A stretch of 63,194 nt of DNA, counting the filler, from Lenisia limosa (lineage: Eukaryota; Protista; Breviatea): the NCBI GenBank assembly GCA_001655205.1. It is 10 parts of 10 records of this genome, joined end to end, with 100 filler letters (N's around TTAATTAATTAA, not from the genome) between each part and the next. Parts side by side here need not be neighbours in the genome. Positions count along the whole stretch, not along the records: positions 13,706 to 17,066 come from LPNZ01006733.1; positions 17,167 to 18,704 come from LPNZ01002094.1; positions 18,805 to 32,089 come from LPNZ01011500.1; 7 more parts are not named here. One strand, written 5' to 3'. Within the stretch, counting starts at the first letter, position 1. Every line of letters starts with the position of its first letter. Under the pieces are notes generated by a model. It was not told the DNA's origin. It saw only the letters and a list, made by a program, of their open reading frames with translations, and searched no databases. Below, piece by piece: positions 13,606-25,600 of this stretch. The position numbers and the translations under genes are program-made.

Positions 13606-13705
13606 NNNNNNNNNNNNNNNNNNNNNNNNNNNNNNNNNNNNNNNNNNNNTTAATTAATTAANNNNNNNNNNNNNNNNNNNNNNNNNNNNNNNNNNNNNNN
13701 NNNNN
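13606..13705. other. Artificial scaffold linker (44 N + TTAATTAATTAA + 44 N); also at 17067, 18705, 32090, 34553, 48072, 54223, 58416, 61003
   Basis: Same 100-nt structure nine times, with stops in all six frames. Genes are truncated at these points. Confidence 0.97.
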
Positions 13706-13714
13706 CCCCCCCCA

Positions 13715-16700
13715 CCAGAGTGGTATGCGCAAGGGCATCCTCATGGTCTCTCTTGAGGGACAACAGTTCATCCTATGGTGGGGGGTAAATAACAAAAAAT
13801 GATATTATATCAGATGAAATATATACTAATAAAAATACAAAAAAAAACGGCAAATGTTATATGACTTCGTCTTTCTCAAAAAACGAGGTTTTGAATGTTT
13901 GAAAACTAGGGAGAAGTCAGCTAGCAAGCCTACCTCGGCCTTTTCGAGCTCAAGAGCCTTCTGCTTAGCCTGTCCATACTGTTCAGCGGAATGGGCGTCG
14001 GAGTTTTGTGCCTGGTCGTTGATGAATAAATGTAATTTACCCAGTTATGAGAGAAAATAGACAAAAAAATAATAATAATAAAAATATTATATATTCAAAA
14101 TTGTTAATAATATCAACTATCCCCTTCCCCAGTCTTCTTTTACCTTAACAATAGACCCTTCTTCCCTATCCTAACACCCCGCCAAACACACTTCTCAATA
14201 TATATATGATATATTGAGATGAGAAATAAAAAAAAAATAGGTTATATCTTATATCAGCCTCCCCCCCCCCCCCNNNNNNNNNNNNNNNNNNNNNNNNNNN
14301 NNNNNNNNNNNNNNNNNNNNNNNNNNNNNNNNNNNNNNNNNNNNNNNNNNNNNNNNNNNNNNNNNNNNNNNNNNNNNNNNNNNNNNNNNGACATCTCGCG
14401 CTCAGCCGTTTCAGCAGCCTTGGCGGCCTTGGCCTCCATCGTGGTGGCGTGGCTGCGCTGAACGTCGCGATCGCTGGAATCGGTTACATACGACCCAGCC
14501 GTGTGATACGAGAATTTCATTATTTATCGAATGGTTCGAGAGATTTAGGCTGATTTATTCCCATAAAGAAGCCCAAGTTAGATTGGTTACGGTGAAGAGA
14601 ACCTTTGGGTTGTTTAGTGCTGAAATCAACACTACAGCCACCATAGCTTGTGTCCCCGCCATCCCATCCCATCCCACCGGGTAGCCTCGTTAGCATCAAG
14701 CTCGGCCTGTTCCTTCTCCGCAGAGGTCCGATCAAGGTCGGCACGGAGCGTCTGGCAAAGAGTGTCGATGGAGTCGGCTTCGGCCTTCGCGGCGGCGGAC
14801 TCCATAATGGCGTGGTCGAGTTTGGCCTGGGGGGGGGGGGGGNNNNNNNNNNNNNNNNNNNNNNNNNNNNNNNNNNNNNNNNNNNNNNNNNNNNNNNNNN
14901 NNNNNNNNNNNNNNNNNNNNNNNNTCAACTCTGTGCTAGCACACAAGACGGTTAAGAGTAGGAGGGTAATAGTTGTTAAGGGGGAGAAAGACGATCACAA
15001 AAGGCACATAGCATAACCAATGTGCACCCACCTGCAAATCCGCCACACAGGCCTTGAGTGCGGCAACCTTGGTCCGCTCAGCCCGGGCCGCGGAATCAAG
15101 TTCGTCCCTCTCGCCAACAGCCTTACTGGACTTGGCTAACAGATCGGTGATTGTCTTCTCCCCGGCCGCGGCCTTGGTTTCAGCCTTGATCACGCGCTCC
15201 TCAAGCTCTTCCTTCTGATCTTGAAGATCGGCTGCCAGCGCACGTGCCTGTAATCTTGCCTTCTCAGCCTCGGAAGCCTCAGTCTCAAGACGCTGCATAC
15301 GCGCCTCCGTATGGCGCACACGCTCATTGGCCTCCTTGGAAGCCGACTCGGCAACTGCGCGTTGCGCGTCGCTTTCCGTTGCGTTACTGCGCATTTGGTC
15401 TCTTTCCTCGGTCAACGCTTCGGACTTGGCGTCGGCAGCCTCGGCCCGGGTTTCGGCTGAAATTGCCATGGCCTGCGCCGCCGAAAGCTCCTCCATGGCC
15501 GATTTAAGATCGCCTCGAGTCTTCACCAGGTCACTTTCAAGCGCATCAGCACGTTCTTCAGCCTTGTTGTGGTTGTCTCTCTCCTCTTGGAACACATTCT
15601 CAGCAATTTTGCGACCAGCCAGCGCCTTTTCAAGAGCCACCTCGGCCTCAATTCGTTTGGCTTCGGATTGCGTCGCCGCCTCGCGTGCAGCATTGCGCTC
15701 GCCATCCGCATTAGTGGCAAGGTCGAGCAGTCTCTCAGCCTCAGCTTCGGCTACCGACAGACGTTTGGTCATTTCTGCCATCTCCTCGGCCGCGGAATTT
15801 CTGCCATCCTCAGCGTCTCTCAAACTGTCACGTGACTCATCGGCAATGGCAACAGCCGCGTTCCGAGCCGCTGTGGCCGCCTGAAGACGGATTTCAGCCT
15901 CCTTACGCTCAGAAACGGCGTCGTCGCGCGCCTTAGTCGCCTCCTCCGCCGCCTGGACGGCAAGGTCACGTGCAGCCTCGGCGGCGTCTTGACCAGCCTT
16001 CGCCATCTTCTGGGCCTCTTCCGCATCTTCTTGACTAGCTTGCGCCAGCGCCAGCTGCTCAATTGCGTGGTCGCGCTCCATCTTCATGTTACTCTCGCGA
16101 CGGACGGCGGCAGACTTCTCATTGACCGCTTCGGTGATGCGGCGTTCGGCTGAGGCGGCCCGGGTTTGCGAGTCCTTCTCGGCCCGGGTCTTGACCTGTT
16201 CTAGCTCCGAGGTGGCCTCGTCTGAGGGAGGGAGGGGGGAGTAAAATTGGAAAATTAATATGAAAAAATAGAATAAAAAGAACCCAAATCAACTCTGTTT
16301 AAGATTGGAAATTTCGATGAAGAATATTGGCGACGCGGGAATATTTATGCCAGGCCAGTCGCTTTTGCAGCACCGCATCCCAACATTCGGGAGGGGAAAT
16401 TTCGATGAAGAATCATTGGAGTAAAGAAAAAGCATAGAAACAAAAAATAAAACCAATTTCACTCATTTGGGAGACACCATCCCTCCAGCGTTTAGTATCC
16501 AAATGAGTTGAAATCCTCCCCCCCCCCCAACNNNNNNNNNNNNNNNNNNNNNNNNNNNNNNNNNNNNNNNNNNNNNNNNNGGCAGATTCGGCAACTTCCC
16601 TTCCCTTTAAGGCAACTTCCATTTTGGCTTCCATCTCCTCGCGGGCCTCATTGGCAAGGTCACGTGCACGAACGGCAGTTAATTGCTCCGACTCAAGCCG

Positions 16701-16910
16701 GGCCGCACGTTCCGACGCTTCCGCTTCCGANNNNNNNNNNCTCCGCCTCCGCCATCTTACGAACGGCATGCTGACGGCTTTCTTCTGCCTCCTCAGCGGC
16801 GGCAACGGCGGCGGCGGCCTTGGCAATGGCTTCAGATCGCTTGCGGTCGGCCTCGGCACGCGCATTGCTGGATTCACGTTCGCGCCTCTCGGCATCATCG
16901 CGTCCCTGTG
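13715..16910 (-). CDS. Long Ala/Glu/Arg-rich coiled-coil protein (fragment, both ends cut by linkers)
   Basis: An open exon of about 1.2 kb (about 15030-16223) plus further exons (ERRERESSNARAEAD, QAKLDHAIMESAAA, QKALELEKAE, DELLSLKRDHEDALAH). All are heptad-like. No family recognised. Confidence 0.8.
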
Positions 16911-17166
16911 ACGTGAGAATACGGGTATGAAAGAGCCAAAAGGAAGACAAGCCCCTATATGTTGAAAAGAAGAAAGAGGCGTGAGTTCTGTTAGTTTTCA
17001 ATAGGGCACTTAATTTTCTGATTAACTTCTTATAGGAGACATGGCAAACAAGGCGGGGGGGGGGGGNNNNNNNNNNNNNNNNNNNNNNNNNNNNNNNNNN
17101 NNNNNNNNNNTTAATTAATTAANNNNNNNNNNNNNNNNNNNNNNNNNNNNNNNNNNNNNNNNNNNN

Positions 17167-18554
17167 CTGCATCGCAATCGTCGAAGCCGCGTCTTGTGGT
17201 GGGTGGGTGTGTGTTTTTGTGTGTGGTGGATTAACATATGATTATACTATTATACTTTTTGGGATTCACTTCGATTCAAAAGAGAGCAAAATATATATGA
17301 TGCTTTTCGATGATGTATCGATAAATTCAGCCTGGTTTCGAACCGAAGTGAAGCCCTATACATGTAATATTTAAACAATCTATCATTACTGACAATCTAG
17401 GCCTCTTTGTAGTCTCAACTGCAGTGGGTGGAGTGCCTGAGGTTCTCCCACCCCATATTCTTCGGCTCACTAAACCTGTTGCTGGCGACATGGGTATGGG
17501 GAATGATAGGGGTCAAAAGGATATAGAGATGATAGTGATGATCAATGAGCTGTATATCTAAGGATTATGATTAACAATTGGCTGTATGTCTCAGGATTAT
17601 GATGATCAAAGGGATGCAGAAAAACACTTGCCAGTGGCAGGGATAAGTCTTGACCGATTTGCTCTATGAATTCCTAAGGAAAATAGGTCAAGACTTATCC
17701 TGGTTACTGTATATGATATAATACATTTATGATATACCATAATCACATGCAATGCGAAAAAAGAACAGTTATTAGTATGTGTTTGTTTTGCTGTGTTTCG
17801 GGGGGAGGGGGGGTTCGCCAAGGAGTGTGGTAATGTGTCTTTGCAGTTTCACTTTGTATTTCTTTCTTTCGAGATTTGTAATGTATACATAGTACAAAAT
17901 ATCGAAAAATGATATATTTTATTATTTCTTGTTCTAAAAACAGTCTTTTTATTATTAAATACAGTTGACGCCTGCATGGAGTCAATTACCCAGTATCTCA
18001 ACGTTGACCCTATGGCTCAGCACCTTGAAGTAAAGTAGGGGGGGGGGTAAAAGTGGAAATTTTATGAAACAGAAAAAACAGATGAAGTAAATTGGTGATG
18101 GTGTCTTTAATATTAAACTCTATAGGATACAGAACTGATATCACCCCCAGGACTATGTACAGCTACCGGTATATGCGTAGAGTACATAGTATAATATATG
18201 ATATATAGTAATATGATAAACTATACTAAAGTATCTACATATCGATATGAATATCAACGTATTCCCATTTTAATGCCCCAAGGTCCATGTACAGTTGGCA
18301 TGACGTGGCGTCTCGGACGGAGTTGGTGTACAACCGTGTTGCAGTGGACCCCGATACCCCCCTAATTGAACGTTTCCGACGGTACTACGGCTGCGGCCGC
18401 GTGGCTGGCAAGGTGGGTGTTGAATGTTGTGCAAACATCCCAGATAATCTTCGATCATTCTTCTAATCCCTCCAGTTGATTGTTATGACAGTTGCTGTGA
18501 TGTTTGTATTTGGCAAGTTCTTGCAGTGGCTTTACCCTGATAACGAAATTGAGG
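17167..18554 (+). CDS. PIGA: GPI GlcNAc transferase subunit A, C-terminal part
   Basis: Exons [11 protein letters not shown] / VSTAVGGVPEVLPP / MYSWHDVASRTELVYNRV..YYGCGRVAGK / LIVMTVAVMFVFGKFLQWLYPDNEIE match PIG-A ([47 protein letters not shown]). Confidence 0.92.
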
Positions 18555-18859
18555 TGGGGTTTTGATAACGAAATTGAGGTGGGGCTTTCAACAAGCAACC
18601 ATCGCAGTGTTAAATCTCATACGACGCTCGTGTGTTGTCAGCCAACAGAGAGTTGATTTAGGCTTTTTTGTTGCATCAATTTCCTTCGTTTTACCCCCCC
18701 CCCCNNNNNNNNNNNNNNNNNNNNNNNNNNNNNNNNNNNNNNNNNNNNTTAATTAATTAANNNNNNNNNNNNNNNNNNNNNNNNNNNNNNNNNNNNNNNN
18801 NNNNGGGGGGATATCCACATGCATAATATATATTCTCTGAAATTCCGTAACTAGCCCCG

Positions 18860-21800
18860 CAGACGACCCCCGGGCGATTCTTGAAAGCAGCTCCGAGTCT
18901 CCCAATGGCATCATCCAGCCTCTTCCAATGCGAATGTCCGCTCTGACCCTCAGATCTCCCCCTGAAAACAACGGGGCTTCTGTATGTGGGAGAATTAAGG
19001 ATTCCCTCTGGTCACAAAAAAACGGGATTCTTCGATACATCTTCAAGAATTGTCGATATTGATCCCTGCAGGGAAGCCCAAGTGGGCATCCTGCGTTAGT
19101 TCGATAGAATTATCCATAATTATTTATCAGACGATAATCTTTCATCTACTCTGACTTCTAAATTTGCCAGTGAGTATGACTTCTGCTATGACATTTATTT
19201 GATCCCAAAAACAAGATCGGATTGTTTTATTCCCAAAAATATGGTCCAAATTTTCACCAGTCTTCAACTTACTGACCAATCAGACTGACGCGTCAACCCA
19301 CCATCCTAATTCCCATGTAAGTACAGATTGTTCTTTGGCAGAAATTGCCTGGTAAACATTTGCTTTGTTTGAGTGCTCTCCACCGTCTTCAATTATTAAT
19401 TGTTACTTTTCATCAGCAATAAATTTTTAGAGCATGTTAATTCATTTTGNNNNNNNNNNNNNNNNNNNNNNNNNNNNNNNNNNNNNNNNNNNNNNNNNNN
19501 NNNNNNNNNNNNNNNNNNNNNNNNNNNNNNNNNNNNNNNNNNNNNCAAACTTCATCATCATCAAATCTTCCTTCATCATCATCAAATTATCTATCCTTCA
19601 TCATCAAATCTTCCTTCATCATCCACCAAATCATCCTTCCACCAAATTATCCTTCATCATAATCAATTATCCTTCGTCATCATCAAATCTTCCATCAAAC
19701 CCACGACCTTAGATTGCAATTCCACACCACTCGCACCCACGTCCCACTTCTGATCGACCCTCAAGCCGCCTGAAAAGACACAGTTCAATGGGGGTAGGCA
19801 GGCCCCCAGAATGGATTTTGGTTTTTTTTTTGTTTCTTAATTGTCCCATTTTGACACCCGTGCTATTATTATTCCCCTCAGCTTAATATTTTTTTAAAGT
19901 AACCTTTGACTTGTGCCCCTTTGTTTTTTTGTTTTTTGTGTGCTGTTGTTTTGATTTTAATGTTTGCTGCACGCGTGTGTTTTGTTTTGTTTTGTGCTTT
20001 GTGTTTGCCCACTTTTTGTTGATACCATTACTACTTTTTTGCTCAGCATCAGTATGGTTTAGAATAGTCACAGTTTGCTTGACACCATATTGTTCGTACC
20101 TATAGAGATTCTTTTCTGTAGTTTGGTTTGGTCCGCGCTCTGTCCATCCAGCTTTGATCCCCTCGGGGGTCGTATGCTTGGGACGGCACTAAGCGTTGTG
20201 ATTGGGTTGTGACCGTTAATAAGTCGGATTTTTTAAAACATTTCCCTGACTTTTTTAACGCCTTAAAGGTACGTTTGGGTGATCGAGCGGTAGTGGGGCT
20301 CTTCAAAGGCTGCTCGGGCTTGTTTTTGTTTTTGTGTTTTTTGTCATTCGGCTTTTGTCTAGTTTTGGCGTTGGTTGCTCGTGTTTTTTATTGCTTGTTT
20401 CTTGTTTTTTGTTTGTTTGGAGTTTCAGATTATGTGGTTCGTGATTACCTTTACGTCAAAATTCTTCATCGAAATTTCCTTCGTTTTACNNNNNNNNNNT
20501 CTGTTGGCTGACAACACACGCGGGTTGATAACAACAAAACATACAAAATTCAGGCCAGTGGCTTCTGCAGCGCCGCATTCCATCAGAGGGAGGGGGAGTA
20601 CAATTGGGTAATACACTGTTTTTGAATTAACAAACAAGGTAAGCAACCCTGAATATATACATATACTATAGCTATATTTATGATTATTAAGCATATAACT
20701 ATATGTATATGGTAAACAACTATATATGATAGGTTGGTGTTTAAAACCGCGAACAAGCCAAAATCGATATAAAGTCGCTTCAATAACACCCTTTTTAGTG
20801 TGAAATTCGGCAGTTTTGAGTACTAGACAATCAATAACATCAAAACAAAGAAATTTTGAGCAAAAAAAAAAAGAGGAGATAAATTCTTTTTTAAAAAATA
20901 TCTTTTGATCAGAATCGAACCCGGCCGGGGTCACCCAGTTTCCTTTGCTCATTTTTGTGATTGCTTGTTTGTTTGTTTGGAGGTTCAGAATATTCAGCTC
21001 GTGATTAGTACCTTTTTGCCAATATTCATCATCACATTCGTTTCACCCCCCCCCAGAAAGAACTTCCCGTCACCGGTCCAACCAGTTCAGACCTGAGCTC
21101 ATTTACGAGTGATCAGAGAGCCGCAGTTACCAACAGTCTTGAGGTTTGCCTTGGGGTGAAGAATAATGGGCAATTGGTGTTTTCGTATCTGTCTGTGGAA
21201 TTCGCGAAGGGATGGCTACGATTGTTCTTTTATTGTCATCCAATTCTCATACGTAGGGCTTCAGTTCGTTCCAAAAAAAAGTGGCTACATTTTGTACAAC
21301 GCGAAAATATTTTTTGAAACCCCCCTCAGAATAATAGCATTTTGATCCTATTAAAGTGCCCCACTATAGAAACGCAGATTTTTAAGGTTTTTCAAGAATT
21401 TTCCTTGTTCAGTCTCTATAATAGAGACAATGGACGAAATAGACGTCTGATTAAAGTATATGCTGCGTCAACAACCCATTTACCGTTCTGGAATGGCACA
21501 AAAGGTAAGAGTCAAATTCGCTTGATTTATAACATCTTCTATCATATTTTCGCCCATTTAGATAATTTACGCTCATTTTTGCCCTATTTGTCTCGTATTC
21601 TCTAATTAAATGCCTCTAGGTTACTCAAGAGTGGAAAACAATCAAATCTGATGGTGCAAGAACGTCTTCACTTTATCGCAGGACAATTCTAGGCCCATAA
21701 TCAGTGTTTTAAATGTAGTTCGCATGAAAAATTGAAGTACCATAAAGGTGGTATTTTGCACGTATGTTGATACCCCTGCCTATTCTTATGAATAAAACCC

Positions 21801-22463
21801 TGTACAAAGGAGTGTTTCGGGCGACAATTTGCAAAAAATGCGAAAGAGGCGTAAATAAGGAGCGTATGGCTCAAAAATTGAAAGAAAAGCCTCCTTTTTG
21901 TCGCGGTTTTAATCATGTTCGCGGTTTTAATCATGTTCGCAGTTTTAACTATATACTGTATATATCATATAGTATCTCTATATCTTAACAAACGAAATAA
22001 TAGACATTAGACATCTAGGGAAACTAATAAATACATAAGGGTACTTGACATCGGTGGGGAGGGTAGATAGCCCTTTGGATGGTTCTCAGTTTGGGAAACA
22101 GAAAACAGCAACATGACCTTGTTTTTGTGTTTTTAGCTTTGGTTGCTCGTGTTGTTATTGCTTGTTTTTTGTTTGTTTGTTTGTTTGGAGTTTCAGATAT
22201 TCAGTTCGCGATGTCGCCAATAATTTTCATCGAATTTCCTTCGTTTTACCCCCCCCCCCCACTTCAGGCACAGCGTCTTGNNNNNNNNNNNNNNNNNNNN
22301 NNNNNNNNNNNNNNNNNNNNNNNNNNNNNNNNNAATGTCAGTTTATGATGCTGATGTTTTTTTGAATGTTATTAACAGGGCTTTCTTGCGTTCAAAAATA
22401 CCCATGACAATATCGCTCAAGGATGAACGAGAAAATTTGTGTGCGAAGGGAAACCCAAGCTAG
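18860..22463 (+). CDS. Unidentified multi-exon gene(s), Ser/Pro-rich N-terminal exons
   Basis: AG..GT-bounded open segments such as DDPRAILESSSESPNG (about 18865), KELPVTGPTSSDLSSF (about 21058) and LYNRDNGRNRRLIKVY (about 21415). Poly-C acceptors are on the + strand. The exon chain is not fully resolved. Confidence 0.35.
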
Positions 22464-22681
22464 AAACCAATGTATCATGATACAGGGAATATATTATATC
22501 ATACAAAATCATTTGCTGATATGTGTAAGCACTCGAATATAATGGGATTTGAGATCAACTAGTTCCGATATTTTGCCATCAAAGAGGGCTTCACTTCGGT
22601 TCAAAAAATACCGGTAAACATCGATAGTTTTCGACGATTTATCAAGAAATTCACTCTTTTTCGAACTGAATTGAAGCCTTA

Positions 22682-25600
22682 CTAATAATCAGCAATAAAA
22701 TAGAGTGGTGTTAGGTCATCACTGACCGAGGCAAATTTAGTTCCGGAGCTGTCAAACTGATACTTCCATAGCAATTCAGCACTTCCTGTATCGGTAAGTA
22801 CACTGACCAATATTATAACAAGTAATGACCGATTTTTCTGGGAGGAAATCTGATAATATCGGTCAAGACATATGATATCACGTTCACTGTATAAAAGCCA
22901 GTGAAACACCAGCAAAAAAAATATATCAGTGAATCATGAGAGGGATCGTTATATAATGATACGTACATATAGCCCCTTACCGACCTGAATAGGCGTACAT
23001 AAAGCCGTCATTCAAGGGAACAACAATGTCAACAACGCTGTCCGATGACAGTTTACCAAAAGCTGGAGAGGGGTTTGATGCTGTGGGTGAGTTTGGAAAG
23101 ACCAAGGAGGGTAATAAGATCTTTGATCAAAGGAGATGGCAGGGGTTGATAGCGGAGTTTGCAACTCTTTTAGATATATGTATGTTACATTAGTTACATC
23201 CACTTACATGGAGGGTACCATTTCGCCTCGAAGGGAGCGTTACCCTAAAGAGTAAGAATGGGGGATGTATGTACAGTGACCGGAATAAGTCTTGATCGAT
23301 CTGACTTGGGAAACCATTGAGCAAATCGGTCAAGACTTATCCCGGTCACTGCACTGTATAGTATACATAGTATATTAGTTCTCTTGTTCAAAAAAGGGGA
23401 TGAAGGGGGCCAAAGTGAGTCAGAAGTTGGAAGGTGACCAAAGTGAGTCAGAAGTTGGAAGGTGGCCATAGTGAGTCAGAAGTTGGAAGGTGACCAAAGT
23501 GAGTCAGAAGTTGGAAGGTGACCAAAGTGAGTCAGAAGTTGGAAGGTGACCAAAGTGAGTCAGACGTTGGAAGGTGTATGGTGTTATTGTTTCGAAACCA
23601 CAGTATTAGTTTATCATTGAGTGATAGTTGATACGATGACCTGAGATTCAAGCATTTCTTAAAAAGAAAAGGACAAAAAAAGAAGCACTGATTACCCTTA
23701 CCAAAACCCCTCGCCATCAAGCTAACCGTCGGGAAGACACTCCAGTTTTCAGCTCGTCTGCCTGCCATTTCGCCGTTGCCGTAGCTGCCTTGGTACGCGA
23801 CCAGAGCCCATCGCGTGGTCACATAGCCTNNNNNNNNNNNNNNNNNNNNNNNNNNNNNNNNNNNNNNNNNNNNNNNNNNNNNNNNNNNNNNNNNNNNNNN
23901 NNNNNNNNNNNNNNNNNNNNNNNNNNNNNNNNNAACACGTAGACCCCCCCAACCTGAGCCATAGTCTCTCTCGAGGTTACTCACTCCGAATAGTTCGTTT
24001 TTGCCATCACCATTCTAAAAGTATTAATACTGGTGAGATTTACCCCCCCGCGCGCGCCTGTTGGGTAGAGTGAGGGTAGAGGAAGGGTATGTCAAGTATC
24101 AAAGCAAATGAATATTAACTATGCATAAGGAATTAAGTATATTATATACTATACTTTATGTAATATTCTACTGGCATATGTAATATTATGCATCATATAT
24201 ATATATCGATATATCATATGATATTTAAAATATAAGAGAGATGGGAAGTAAAGTATTGTGTCTGCCCGTTCAATAGCAAAAACTAATTCACCCAATCATA
24301 TGCCTTATAACTCTGTGAACACAGCTTTCTAGGCATACCAAATCCACGATATTAGGCGGTGAGTGGGTCCATTGAAGCCATTCGGTCTTAGTTGGACCGG
24401 GCCAATCTCCCTGGATAATAACGGTGATGTTGTGAGGGGGGAGGCCAATCTCCCCTTGAGTTTGACACACAGGGCCCCACTTGCTCGGGTAAAGGCAGGG
24501 CTTCACTTCGGTTCGAAAAAGACAGAAAAAATATCGATATTTATCGAAAATTTATCGAAAAATTCAGTTTTTTAAAACAGAAGTGAAGCCTCAGGTACAG
24601 AGTGGAAGGTATTGGAAGGGATGGTACCAATCCTTTTAGATTACTCAGCATGAAACATATTTATGTATCAGTGAAATTGAAGTCATCATAATTCTTCTTA
24701 CCGTATGAAGGTGGTAGTGATCATCTTCAATTTTCTCATCAAAGTACCTGGGGTGTCATTTACATGCAGCATGGGGAAAGGCAAATAGATCGACAAAAGC
24801 CGTCCACAACATTGTAATATTTCACCCAGTTATTTGTATTGCATAACTCTTTAAAAAAAAAGAATATCAAGCAGTGTAATGCAAGAAACAACCCCATCTC
24901 TCTCCCCCCCATCGTATAGACTGCCCCCATCGTATAGACTATCATGATGTGCATATGAACATGGTTTTGTTTGATAAACGTTGGTTTGATAGGTTTAAAT
25001 ATGTATAAATACGTCATGAAAAGAGACTTATAGCAGATGATAGGATGTTTGACAATAAACCAGCACCGAATAAACTGGCCGAAGCTTAGGCCGCTGCCAC
25101 TACACGCTGTTTGCCTCTGAGTGTAGTAGCCGGAAACCTTCACCGCCGACCCGTCAGGATTCCATACTTCTGCAATGATAAGTTACAACAAGGGATCTTT
25201 TCAATTTTAGCATGATCGCATTGTTACGAGTTTTTTGGTCCTTCCAAGCTTGTGTGGAAAGTGATTTTAGTCATTTATTGTTAGAAGAAGTTAGTGGACT
25301 TTAATTGGACTTTTACAACTGTTTTTCTGTGTAAGTAATTTTCAATTTCAAAAGGGGCAATTGTGATAACAAAGCCATTTCAGACCCATAAATGTCTTGA
25401 ATAAAAATAATCACACAGAGTCCAAGGTTATTGGTAGAGGACCAAGTTGTACCCATCCCCCACCAATTTCGTGATTATCTCTCGTGATTACTACTTCAAG
25501 GTCGTCGTCGTCATCCAAGTTTCCGATGGCGGTGTTCTACATGTCTAAGTGGAGCAAGTACGTTCAGTAAATTGTCTTCCCATCTCTACCCTATCACTGT

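Noticed and set aside
15244-16062. Long alternative-frame and antisense ORFs over the coiled-coil exon (also 3858-4283 over MDH)
   Set aside because: Shadow ORFs of GC-rich, codon-biased real exons.
20150-20280. In-frame TGA before SPRGSYAWDG..KSDFLKHF as possible readthrough or selenocysteine
   Set aside because: The exon boundaries are unresolved. All confidently identified genes use the standard code, and no SECIS was recognised.
23410-23577. 28-bp repeats (and the 30-bp array at 57540-57727) as CRISPR arrays
   Set aside because: Head-to-tail units with no unique spacers, inside eukaryotic introns, with no cas genes.
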